Translations under genes and position numbers: made by a program
Source of the DNA: a virus
DNA length: 64,000 nt
Virus record (IMG/VR): IMGVR_UViG_3300028920_000035
Location: 64,001-128,000 of that record
Reading direction: 5' to 3' (one strand)
Shown here: piece after piece, positions 48,157-56,959 of the stretch
How the letters are laid out: each line of letters starts with the position of its first letter
Numbering within the stretch: the first letter of the stretch is position 1
Notes under the pieces: generated by a model
Database searches by the model: none
Told to the model about the DNA's origin: nothing
Seen by the model: only the letters and a program-made list of their open reading frames with translations

Positions 48157-48921
48157 ATGACCGTCGCAAGCCGTGTAGCCACCCGCTGGAAAGCCGCCAA
48201 CGTTGTCCCCTTTAGGGGCCGTCCCAGAGGTCCTCAGGTGGCCATTGGAAGCCGCAAGTACGTTTTGAGCGACTACTGGCCCATGGGAACGGCTGGTGAC
48301 GGTGAGGCTCCCGCAGCAGGAGCCCGGGTCATCGACGTGGGGGGCGACAAGTTCCGCTGGTTGTGGGCCTATGACACTGACAAGCAGGTTCTCGCCATGT
48401 GGCGCTACACAGACGGGGATGAGAAGCACTACGAGAACGCCCACCGTGCGGCTCAGCACATTCACAAGCTGGAGAAGCGAGGGCAGCTCAATCGTGTCAC
48501 CAATGCCGAGTTTCGGATAATCGAGCGCGAGATGAGCCGTCGCTATGAGGATGTCATCAAAACGCTTCGGGAACACGCCCGGTCTCTCGGCGGCGATTGG
48601 CAGGAGCAGGTCAACGCCATCGCCCGTGATTTCTTCGACCACAAGGTCCGCCCCCTCATCGAGCGAGCCCTGAGTGACGCCGCCCGTGGTGCCGTCCCGA
48701 TGGGGTTCAGGTTCAATGAGCGTATACCCCAGAGCCGTGATCAGCAGATTCGGGCTCACATCGTCAGTCAGATGGTCCACCAGCGGTTCAACGAGCGCTT
48801 GATCGAGGACACGATGCGCACCCAAGGGCTCGATCCCGAGATGAGAGGGGTGGATAACCAAGCTGCCTACTGGGCAGTGAGCGAGCTCAGACAAGATGTG
48901 TACGAAGAGTACCTACGGTGA
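48157..48921 (+). CDS. Hypothetical protein with N-terminal VASRVATRW tag (candidate virion cargo)
   Basis: MTVASRVATRWKAA is in register with the starts of 56960 and 25329(-). Confidence 0.7.
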   Translation: MTVASRVATRWKAANVVPFRGRPRGPQVAIGSRKYVLSDYWPMGTAGDGEAPAAGARVIDVGGDKFRWLWAYDTDKQVLAMWRYTDGDEKHYENAHRAAQHIHKLEKRGQLNRVTNAEFRIIEREMSRRYEDVIKTLREHARSLGGDWQEQVNAIARDFFDHKVRPLIERALSDAARGAVPMGFRFNERIPQSRDQQIRAHIVSQMVHQRFNERLIEDTMRTQGLDPEMRGVDNQAAYWAVSELRQDVYEEYLR

Positions 48922-49487
48922 ACACCACCTGGCCGATGCGGGATGTGGACATCAGGGAGCACCTCCACACGTTTCTCGCCCACTACTTCCAAGGTGATTC
49001 AACAGTTATAGACGAGTTGGGTATCTGCCAGGGCCAGGTCAGGGTGGACGTAGCTGTCGTGAACGAAAGTCTGCACGGCTTCGAGATCAAGGCCGCTGCC
49101 GATACGTTGACGAGGTTAGATCGACAGATCGCCTACTATAGTCGCGTGCTGGACTACGCCTATCTTGTAGCCACTCCGAACCATTTGGCGGTAGCGCGGG
49201 ACAAGACCCCCCTTTGGTGGGGTATCTACGAGGCTCGCATTCGGGGAGGCCAGCTGGAGCTACTCAGGCGTTGGGAGGCACACCCCAACCCTCACTTGGA
49301 TGTCCGAGCCCTGGCCGAATTGCTCTGGCATCACGACGTGCTGGGGATGCTGCAACAGCGGGGGGCCTGTCGAGGGGTCAGGGGTAAGCCTCGAAGATTT
49401 GCCTGGGATCGTCTATGCGAGGTCTACGAGGTAAACGAGATCAGGAACGCCGTCAGAGCAAGACTTAAGGAAAGGGCATCCGCTTGA
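48918..49487 (+). CDS. sce7726-family PD-(D/E)xK-like protein
   Basis: DELGI..G..RVDVAVVN..LHGFEIK...DTL.RL..Q..YYS.V.DY. Confidence 0.8.
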   Translation: MNTTWPMRDVDIREHLHTFLAHYFQGDSTVIDELGICQGQVRVDVAVVNESLHGFEIKAAADTLTRLDRQIAYYSRVLDYAYLVATPNHLAVARDKTPLWWGIYEARIRGGQLELLRRWEAHPNPHLDVRALAELLWHHDVLGMLQQRGACRGVRGKPRRFAWDRLCEVYEVNEIRNAVRARLKERASA

Positions 49488-49497
49488 CCCTTGGGAT

Positions 49498-49508
49498 CGG
49501 TGTATAAC
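49498..49508 (+). promoter_or_regulatory. Class A promoter CGGTG-TATAAC, 6 nt before ATG 49515
   Basis: Motif match; no SD. Confidence 0.65.
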
Positions 49509-49514
49509 CATAAC

Positions 49515-50360
49515 ATGACCATCATCAACAGCGGTACCCAGGAAAACATGCTCTACAGTGTATCCCGCTGGACAGACGCCCCTGGCACACCTGGTAAGTG
49601 GCGCTGGTTCAAGAACCAATTCCAGCAGGGGCACATGATGGCCGTAGACCCTCGAACAGCAGTACCCAGTCGCTGGAGCCTGGCTCCAGCGGACGTCCTA
49701 GGGTTCGTCTTCTGGACGCGGAAACCCGCGGCCTTGATTGAAGACCGGGCCCTCCTGGACCCCTACAGGTTCCATGTGCATTATACTTTGACGGGTTGGT
49801 CCGAAGTTGAGCACGGGGCCCCCGACATCCATGAAGGGTTGGAAGCTCTGGACCAGCTGGTCCAGGCATTTGGCCCTGAACGGGTGACATGGCGCTTCAG
49901 CCCGATCCCCACGGTACCGGACGTGGTTGACCGTTTTGAGGTCATCGCCACGATCGCGGCTCTCCTGAAGCTGCCCGAGGTCTACGTTGCGTTTTTGCAG
50001 GAAAACGATTTGATGCAGGAACCGAGGGAGCGGCACGAACGCGAGCAATTGCTCCGATCCATGGCCGCGCGGTCCCATGGGTTGAAGGTCAGGCTGTGTC
50101 AGGAAGACACTACTTTAACCACTCACACGCTTGAACCGAGACTGCCTCTTCCTCGTAACCTTGACACAGGGGTGTGCGAGGATGGGAAGCGGTACTTGGT
50201 TCGGTCGTCAGTAGGCTCTACTTGTAAATTGCCAAAGGAATCATGTGGTTGTGCCTTGGCGGTCGACCCTTTCACCATCAACGAGTCATGCGGCATGGGG
50301 TGTGCCTACTGCTACGCTGCTGATCGGAGCCTTGCTCCCCGCAAACGAAATACAACATAG
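49515..50360 (+). CDS. DUF1848-family protein (spore-photoproduct-lyase-related Fe-S protein)
   Basis: SVSRWTD.P, VFWTRKP, WRFSPI, CGC..VD, C.MGCAYCYA. Confidence 0.8.
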   Translation: MTIINSGTQENMLYSVSRWTDAPGTPGKWRWFKNQFQQGHMMAVDPRTAVPSRWSLAPADVLGFVFWTRKPAALIEDRALLDPYRFHVHYTLTGWSEVEHGAPDIHEGLEALDQLVQAFGPERVTWRFSPIPTVPDVVDRFEVIATIAALLKLPEVYVAFLQENDLMQEPRERHEREQLLRSMAARSHGLKVRLCQEDTTLTTHTLEPRLPLPRNLDTGVCEDGKRYLVRSSVGSTCKLPKESCGCALAVDPFTINESCGMGCAYCYAADRSLAPRKRNTT

Positions 50361-50430
50361 GGTTCTACTTTTCTCGTGAATCGTCGTAAGATTGATCTAG
50401 AACACCCGAGAAACCGAGAGGGGGTACCTC

Positions 50431-50751
50431 ATGCAATCCACGATCGAAAGAGTAGGAGGCGGGAGAAGACCGTTGTCTCTGGAACCGCCACCGCCTGGAG
50501 ACTCCGAGGACCTGTCGGACGTCGAGATCAAGAACGCCGTCGACACTCGTGACCGTCAAGACCTAGCCCAACGCATCGCCACTGCCCTACGCATCATCGG
50601 ACCCGAGGGGTCCGAGTGCGCCTTTACGCTGAAGGGCCATGAACTACGGCGACGCAACCACCATCTCTATTGGCGTGTCCGCCTAGTCTCCCCAGAAGAG
50701 CCAGAGAGGGTGCTGGTCTTCCGGGCAGATTGGCTGAACGAACAGCAGTGA
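50431..50751 (+). CDS. Hypothetical protein
   Basis: GAGGGG RBS. Confidence 0.5.
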   Translation: MQSTIERVGGGRRPLSLEPPPPGDSEDLSDVEIKNAVDTRDRQDLAQRIATALRIIGPEGSECAFTLKGHELRRRNHHLYWRVRLVSPEEPERVLVFRADWLNEQQ

Positions 50752-50753
50752 CC

Positions 50754-50782
50754 TTGATGGCCTGGCCAGTCAGGACTATACT
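50754..50782 (+). promoter_or_regulatory. sigma70-like promoter TTGATG-N17-TATACT
   Basis: 17-nt spacer; intergenic; 8 nt before ATG 50791. Confidence 0.45.
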
Positions 50783-50790
50783 TCCAGGAC

Positions 50791-51210
50791 ATGGCCGACA
50801 ACAACTGCACTCAAGAACCAGGTACCTGTAGTGGCGATGCCAGCCTTGGTGACAGCTTGAACACTGTCCCGGAGTGCAGCACTGAGGGTGAGGTCTGCAC
50901 CTTCTGCGATGGGGACCGCATCCACAACGTGTGGATCGAGGGAGGTGACCCAGAGACGGGGGAGGGTGGAGCCTGCCTGCTCGACACGATGGACCGCGAC
51001 GAGATCATCTACGTCCTTCAGCGTGACGAGAGATCCCGCGCAGACCTGAGGCGGGTCACGACCAATCCCGAGCTGCTCGCGATGGCAGACGAGATCCCGC
51101 GCCTCCCAACGGCGGAGTGTGGGGACCAGCTACAGTCGAGCACCAACCAGAACAGCAATTCCATTCCTTTCTACTCCATCTTCCGTGGCCAGCCGCCTTT
51201 TGCTCAGTAG
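50791..51210 (+). CDS. Acidic Cys-rich hypothetical protein
   Basis: Clean ORF with AGGA upstream. Confidence 0.55.
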   Translation: MADNNCTQEPGTCSGDASLGDSLNTVPECSTEGEVCTFCDGDRIHNVWIEGGDPETGEGGACLLDTMDRDEIIYVLQRDERSRADLRRVTTNPELLAMADEIPRLPTAECGDQLQSSTNQNSNSIPFYSIFRGQPPFAQ

Positions 51211-51217
51211 GGGGCAT

Positions 51218-51535
51218 ATGAGCTCGGCAGCACGAAAGCTTAGGCGCAAGAAAGACTCGACCTCTCGGGATCCGGTACGAGCGCTGAATCAAGCCATATC
51301 TCAGCTCCAGACCATGGGAGGGCTGGATGACCTGGCCCAGGTGCCCCGGCACCTCGATGAGCTGCGACGCCTTCTGGAAACGCTGATTGATGACTACGAG
51401 GGTCTCAATCAGCGGCAGGAGCTTATCAGCCACCTACTGTACCACCTGTCCGGAACCTCTGGTGACAAGAAGGTGCATCAGTTACGAGGTCAGCTTCGGA
51501 CGATGATGGGATCAGAATCGGATGAAGGATCGTGA
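51218..51535 (+). CDS. Hypothetical coiled-coil protein
   Basis: MSSAARKLRRKK; AGGGGG RBS. Confidence 0.55.
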   Translation: MSSAARKLRRKKDSTSRDPVRALNQAISQLQTMGGLDDLAQVPRHLDELRRLLETLIDDYEGLNQRQELISHLLYHLSGTSGDKKVHQLRGQLRTMMGSESDEGS

Positions 51536-51778
51536 ATGGCAAGGGAACTGGGGTCGGTCAAATCGAGGGTGAAACCCATAGCAAAACATCCCACGGGTCC
51601 AGCGGCGTGGAATGGGCTGTTGAAGAAAGTGATCCGGCACGTCGAGGTCACCGACCCGACGCGGGCGGCGTCCCTCAAAACGGCGCTAACCCAGGGGCGA
51701 GCGGAGAGGGCCCTCCGGCAGCTGGGCATCATCAGCGAGAAAGACATCGTACGAGAGTTCCCCTCCCGTACGAAATAG
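51536..51778 (+). CDS. Small basic hypothetical protein
   Basis: AAGGA RBS; more protein-like than the overlapping 5' half of the 51532 ORF. Confidence 0.45.
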   Translation: MARELGSVKSRVKPIAKHPTGPAAWNGLLKKVIRHVEVTDPTRAASLKTALTQGRAERALRQLGIISEKDIVREFPSRTK

Positions 51779-51780
51779 AC

Positions 51781-52092
51781 TTGCTCGAAACCGAGCTTCG
51801 ACAGGCGTTTGAGACTGGAAACCCTCAATTAGCTTGGGGATTGGTGCTCCAACTCGTGGAGTTGGCCCGCCAAGCCATGGACGAAGCCGGCAAAGCGCGC
51901 TTCAAGTCCAATCTAGGGACTGACATCTGCCGTCACTGTACGGGATTGCAGGCTGGGCCCGGGGTGGAAGCTACCTGCTACCAGCTACAACGGTGTCATT
52001 TCACAAACTTGAGGAGCGATAAATTAGACTCCCATCAGGCTATAGTTGCCCGACTCTTGGAGAGCGACCATTGGGCAGATAGACGGGGTTGA
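51781..52092 (+). CDS. Hypothetical Zn-binding protein (CxxC...C..C)
   Basis: 3' half of the 51532 ORF; TTG start 2 nt after the previous stop; CRHC..TCY..RCHF. Confidence 0.45.
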   Translation: MLETELRQAFETGNPQLAWGLVLQLVELARQAMDEAGKARFKSNLGTDICRHCTGLQAGPGVEATCYQLQRCHFTNLRSDKLDSHQAIVARLLESDHWADRRG

Positions 52093-52126
52093 CACTAACC
52101 CCCAACAGTGTTCTTTTTCGACCCAC

Positions 52127-52168
52127 CTAACCCTTGTGTACAGCTAACCCTTGTGTACAGCCAAGGGT
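52127..52168 (+). repeat. 17-nt tandem direct repeat CTAACCCTTGTGTACAG x2 plus inverted repeat ACCCTTG-N8-CAAGGGT
   Basis: 52127-52143 and 52144-52160; palindrome 52147-52168 abuts the class A promoter. Confidence 0.85.
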
Positions 52169-52179
52169 CGGTGTAAAGA
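52169..52179 (+). promoter_or_regulatory. Class A promoter CGGTG-TAAAGA
   Basis: Motif match; leadered transcript with AAGGAG before ATG 52230. Confidence 0.6.
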
Positions 52180-52229
52180 TCGATGAACCGACTGAGACCG
52201 CGCCGAATCACGTCAAGGAGCAGACGAAG

Positions 52230-53546
<1,317 letters not shown>

Positions 53547-53548
53547 TC

Positions 53549-53559
53549 CGGTGTAAGAT
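53549..53559 (+). promoter_or_regulatory. Class A promoter CGGTG-TAAGAT, 8 nt before GTG 53568
   Basis: Motif match in a 21-nt intergenic gap. Confidence 0.6.
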
Positions 53560-53567
53560 CAGAAGAC

Positions 53568-53903
53568 GTGGGCAACCTACAAGCTGCATGCAGAGCGTAC
53601 CTCAATAGCGAACTGAGGTACACAACCCTCCACCACCGTCTGAGCGACTTGCTTGGCGAGAATGCTCACTTGCTCCTGGTGTTCCAGGTCGAGGAAGCCG
53701 CTCGTGACAAGGCCAGGGATGATTTGCAGTGCCTAGCCTCCCAAGAGGGGGCTTCTCAAGAGGCGGTGGAGCGGCTGAGCCAGGCAATCTTACCAGCGGC
53801 ACGGGAACGAGCAATCGAGACGCTAGGTAGAGACCACGGTCAAGAGTTTGTCCAGGAAGCTCTCGACGGTTGGGAACCCGACCTACAAGGAATTGGTAAG
53901 TGA
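53568..53903 (+). CDS. Hypothetical protein
   Basis: First gene of a coupled run. Confidence 0.55.
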   Translation: MGNLQAACRAYLNSELRYTTLHHRLSDLLGENAHLLLVFQVEEAARDKARDDLQCLASQEGASQEAVERLSQAILPAARERAIETLGRDHGQEFVQEALDGWEPDLQGIGK

Positions 53904-54385
53904 AGGTCGGGGACGTCGTTGAGTACCAAAAGGTCTTGTACCGCGTTTTGCGGGCCAACCGCCTGGTGCACGCGATGGTCCTTGCTCCGTGGGGCTCCGA
54001 CAACATCGAGGTCGCCGACAACGACCCCGAAGTGAAGGAACTGCACAATCCTGCCGACAAGTGGCCCGTGGCCATCGTGATGCTTAAGCATCGCGCGGGC
54101 CCCATGCGTGAGGTGATGCGCCGGGGGAAGGCTTTGACGCCGCTGCTAGAGTGGATGCCGGGGGACCCCTTCCGTCCAGGAGGCGCCATCTTCCTGAATC
54201 CCGATCTACACCTGAAACGAGGCGAGGTCCTCACCGTTCGCCACCAGGACGGGACGACAAGCAGGGTCTCCATCAGCGCGGGGTTCGGGACCGTCGCGCA
54301 AAAGCGCAAAGGCATACTCAAGAAGCCCAAGCTCAAGCCCAACGCCTTCGATCGCATCTGGGCAGGTGAGGACGACGATGACTAG
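53900..54385 (+). CDS. Hypothetical protein
   Basis: GTGA overlap; AAGGA RBS. Confidence 0.6.
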   Translation: MKVGDVVEYQKVLYRVLRANRLVHAMVLAPWGSDNIEVADNDPEVKELHNPADKWPVAIVMLKHRAGPMREVMRRGKALTPLLEWMPGDPFRPGGAIFLNPDLHLKRGEVLTVRHQDGTTSRVSISAGFGTVAQKRKGILKKPKLKPNAFDRIWAGEDDDD

Positions 54386-55010
54386 GCGTCTTCCCTTGGC
54401 AACTGAGCATGCCTTCTCTCACGCCCGTCAGAGCCGCATAAGCGAGGTCTCGAGGTTCGAGGCCCAACTGCACCAGCAGCGCGCTGAAAAGACCTTGAGG
54501 ACTACGTGCACACGCGGATGCCACCATTGTTGCTACTACCCTATGACATGCTCCCTCCTGGAAGGGATCGAGCTGCACCATCACTTGAAGGGGAAAGGGT
54601 TGTGGTCAGCGCCGTTGCAGAAGGCGTGTGTGATGCATGTGGGCAAGACTTGGGCCCTCCCGCATCCGGTCTGGCTTCTGAGCATGATCCCCTGCCCATT
54701 GTTGCAAGAAGGGGAGTGCCTTGCCTACGACGCGCGGCCCGTCGATTGCCGCACCATTTGGGCCAAAGGGGACCCCCACTACTGCCACCCCCACCGGTTT
54801 TCGGTGGAGACCCCCTTCGTGGACCGCAAGCAGGTGCAGGCAGAGGTGGCCCGGATCGATGATGCAGCCCTTCAGCGATATCGACTTGTATACATACCGC
54901 TCCCAATCAGCAAAGCACTACTGCTGGCCGAGGCTCTCGACCGCGGAGAGCTCGAACTGGAAGAGCTGGGGGCGAAGCTTTATGCTGACTACCAGAAGGC
55001 CCACCAATGA
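54378..55010 (+). CDS. YkgJ-family cysteine-cluster protein
   Basis: CTRGCHHCC...CPLL..GECLAYDARPVDCR. Confidence 0.82.
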   Translation: MTRRLPLATEHAFSHARQSRISEVSRFEAQLHQQRAEKTLRTTCTRGCHHCCYYPMTCSLLEGIELHHHLKGKGLWSAPLQKACVMHVGKTWALPHPVWLLSMIPCPLLQEGECLAYDARPVDCRTIWAKGDPHYCHPHRFSVETPFVDRKQVQAEVARIDDAALQRYRLVYIPLPISKALLLAEALDRGELELEELGAKLYADYQKAHQ

Positions 55011-55306
55011 AGCCCACCTGTGTCGTCTGCAACCAGCCCGTGGATATCGATCATTGTCAGCGCCTGCCGCTCAACAATGAGGAGCGATCAGTCATCCAAG
55101 CTGTCGAGGGAGTGGCTCCCCAGGAGCTATACTGCTGTCATCCGTGCTGGCGGGTGTTGCAGGACCCCAACGCCGCTAGCCAACTTATGAAGGGCATTTA
55201 CCAGCAGTCAGCACAGCTAGCTGGCGTGCCCTCGCATGAAGCTGAACGGCAGGCGGACGTCTACCACGCCCGCCTGCTCGAACGCACCAAAGCAAGGAAC
55301 ACATGA
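55007..55306 (+). CDS. Small Zn-finger protein
   Basis: CVVC...CCHPC; ATGA coupling. Confidence 0.55.
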   Translation: MKPTCVVCNQPVDIDHCQRLPLNNEERSVIQAVEGVAPQELYCCHPCWRVLQDPNAASQLMKGIYQQSAQLAGVPSHEAERQADVYHARLLERTKARNT

Positions 55307-55992
55307 AGCTCAATGTTGACCAAATACATCAGCACCTCGACCGCATTCGCCATAAGCAGGGGGAGGAAGCCTTCAAAAAGGCCAGGTGCAACTTCGCGCG
55401 GTCCCTGATCCTCGCTGAGGGTGGGAGTCAGTTCCTGTCGGATTCTCTCGGCTTCAAGCCAGACGAGCTGGCCAAGCTGGAGGCCGAAGCTCGGGAGATG
55501 ATGGCGGCGAAGAGCCCCGAGGCTGCAATGTCGATGATGCTGAAGCAGCAGCTCCCTCACTGCAAGACACAGGCGCAGTTCAATCTCTTCATGGCAGCCT
55601 TCGAGGCTCTTCGGGCAGTCATGGATGCCACCTTCGCAGGCAACGAGGTCACGGCGTCCAAAGCTCGTGAGCTGCTGAACCGTATCATCGACCAAGCTGC
55701 TGGGGTGACTCGGGCCGTTAGTCAGCTTGAAGACGAGCCTGAGGCCGCGCAGGGGGCGCTCGCCGAAGAGCTGAAGAAAGAGCCCATCGAGTTCCATGAG
55801 CATGACGAGCAGCGACAATTGCTTGCCGAGCTATCAGTGATCCAAGATCGGTGTGGGCTCGACCAATGGTATGCGGAGACTCAGTCTCGGAGGGAGGGGA
55901 TTCGGGACCAGGCCCTGCGCAATGAGCTGTACGACGAGATTCGGCGTAAAAGGGGCACCCTGACAGCAGTTTTTGGCAATCAGTCGAACTGA
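55303..55992 (+). CDS. Helical hypothetical protein
   Basis: ATGA coupling; AAGGA RBS. Confidence 0.6.
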   Translation: MKLNVDQIHQHLDRIRHKQGEEAFKKARCNFARSLILAEGGSQFLSDSLGFKPDELAKLEAEAREMMAAKSPEAAMSMMLKQQLPHCKTQAQFNLFMAAFEALRAVMDATFAGNEVTASKARELLNRIIDQAAGVTRAVSQLEDEPEAAQGALAEELKKEPIEFHEHDEQRQLLAELSVIQDRCGLDQWYAETQSRREGIRDQALRNELYDEIRRKRGTLTAVFGNQSN

Positions 55993-55993
55993 C

Positions 55994-56004
55994 CGGTGTA
56001 TTGG
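55994..56004 (+). promoter_or_regulatory. Class A promoter CGGTG-TATTGG, 6 nt before ATG 56011
   Basis: Motif match; no SD. Confidence 0.6.
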
Positions 56005-56010
56005 TCGGTT

Positions 56011-56796
56011 ATGGAAAAGGACCGACTACTTTACACCATCTGCTACATTGATGTCGAGACCACGGGCCTCGATGAGGATGTGCATGAGATCACCGAGATA
56101 GGCGCCATTCGCGTGAACTACCCGCGAGACTTCTTCGACGGGGGCGAGCCCGAAGAGGTCAGCCGCTTGTCAGTCAAGGTCAAGATCAAGGGCGTCGTCG
56201 ACCCCAGCGCAGGCTATCTGAACCATTTCGACTCTGAGGTGTGGGCTACGGAAGGGGTCGAGCTGCACGAGGCCATGTACAAACTCTTCCCGCTCATCAA
56301 GGAGGCCAACCTTGGTGGTTGGAACGTGGACTTCGACCGACGACGCATCTGGAATGCTTTCCGTCGGTTCAACTGGCAGTGGCCCTCCGGAACCGGCCAC
56401 CGTTTGCTGGACGTGCAGTCACTCGCTCGACCTTTCATTGCGGCCTACTTCCGAGAGGAGAGGCACTTGCGCAAGATCCGGTTGGAGGAAGTAGCCAGAG
56501 CGATGAAACTCGTCGACCGCGAGAATGAAGACCAGCTGCACTCGGCTCTGTTCGACTGTGAGCTGGCTTGGAAGATCAACGACCTGCTGGCGCATGCCTA
56601 CTACCGAGGAACTCTTGAAACAGGGTTGATCACTTTACCGTCACAATCGGCGACCCCTCTCCCAGTAGAAAATGTACCTGACCCTTCAGCCCCGCCCCCA
56701 GTAGAAAATGTACCTGACCCTTCAGCCCCTCCTGATCGGGACACCCTTGCATCCGGTCTTACACCAGTTGTAGGTAAGCCTGCGACACTGCCGTGA
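56011..56796 (+). CDS. DnaQ-like DEDDh 3'-5' exonuclease
   Basis: YIDVETTGLD, GWNVDFD, LLDV, HSALFD. Confidence 0.88.
   Translation: MEKDRLLYTICYIDVETTGLDEDVHEITEIGAIRVNYPRDFFDGGEPEEVSRLSVKVKIKGVVDPSAGYLNHFDSEVWATEGVELHEAMYKLFPLIKEANLGGWNVDFDRRRIWNAFRRFNWQWPSGTGHRLLDVQSLARPFIAAYFREERHLRKIRLEEVARAMKLVDRENEDQLHSALFDCELAWKINDLLAHAYYRGTLETGLITLPSQSATPLPVENVPDPSAPPPVENVPDPSAPPDRDTLASGLTPVVGKPATLP
56661..56729 (+). repeat. 33-nt duplication (36-nt period) in the exonuclease tail
   Basis: CCCAGTAGAAAATGTACCTGACCCTTCAGCCCC at 56661 and 56697. Confidence 0.9.
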
Positions 56797-56932
56797 GGCC
56801 GCTCCCTTCCATTCAGAGGACTAGGCGTCCAGGAGCCACCTGGGTGGGGGCCTGTCCAAGGCCGTCTGCATCGGGTGTGGTTGTCAAGGTATTTGGTCAG
56901 CCACACAGCACCCAAAATCGGACACAAGCGAA

Positions 56933-56944
56933 TGATTTTCTTGT
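56933..56944 (+). promoter_or_regulatory. Class B element TGATTTTCTTGT, 15 nt before ATG 56960
   Basis: Motif and spacing match; no SD. Confidence 0.6.
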
Positions 56945-56959
56945 GGCCTCGCTTCATGC

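Noticed and set aside
47814-48200. Minus-strand ORF beginning MAAFQRVATRL as another tagged protein
   Set aside because: Antisense to the 48157 tag and clpX; lacks the aromatic residue and the class B element.
51532-51780. 5' half of the 186-aa ORF 51532..52092
   Set aside because: Looks like off-frame translation; better explained by 51536..51778 plus a TTG start at 51781. Uncertain.
56875-56906. Intergenic hairpin as an ncRNA
   Set aside because: Only a ~9-bp stem with no recognisable family; may just be a terminator.
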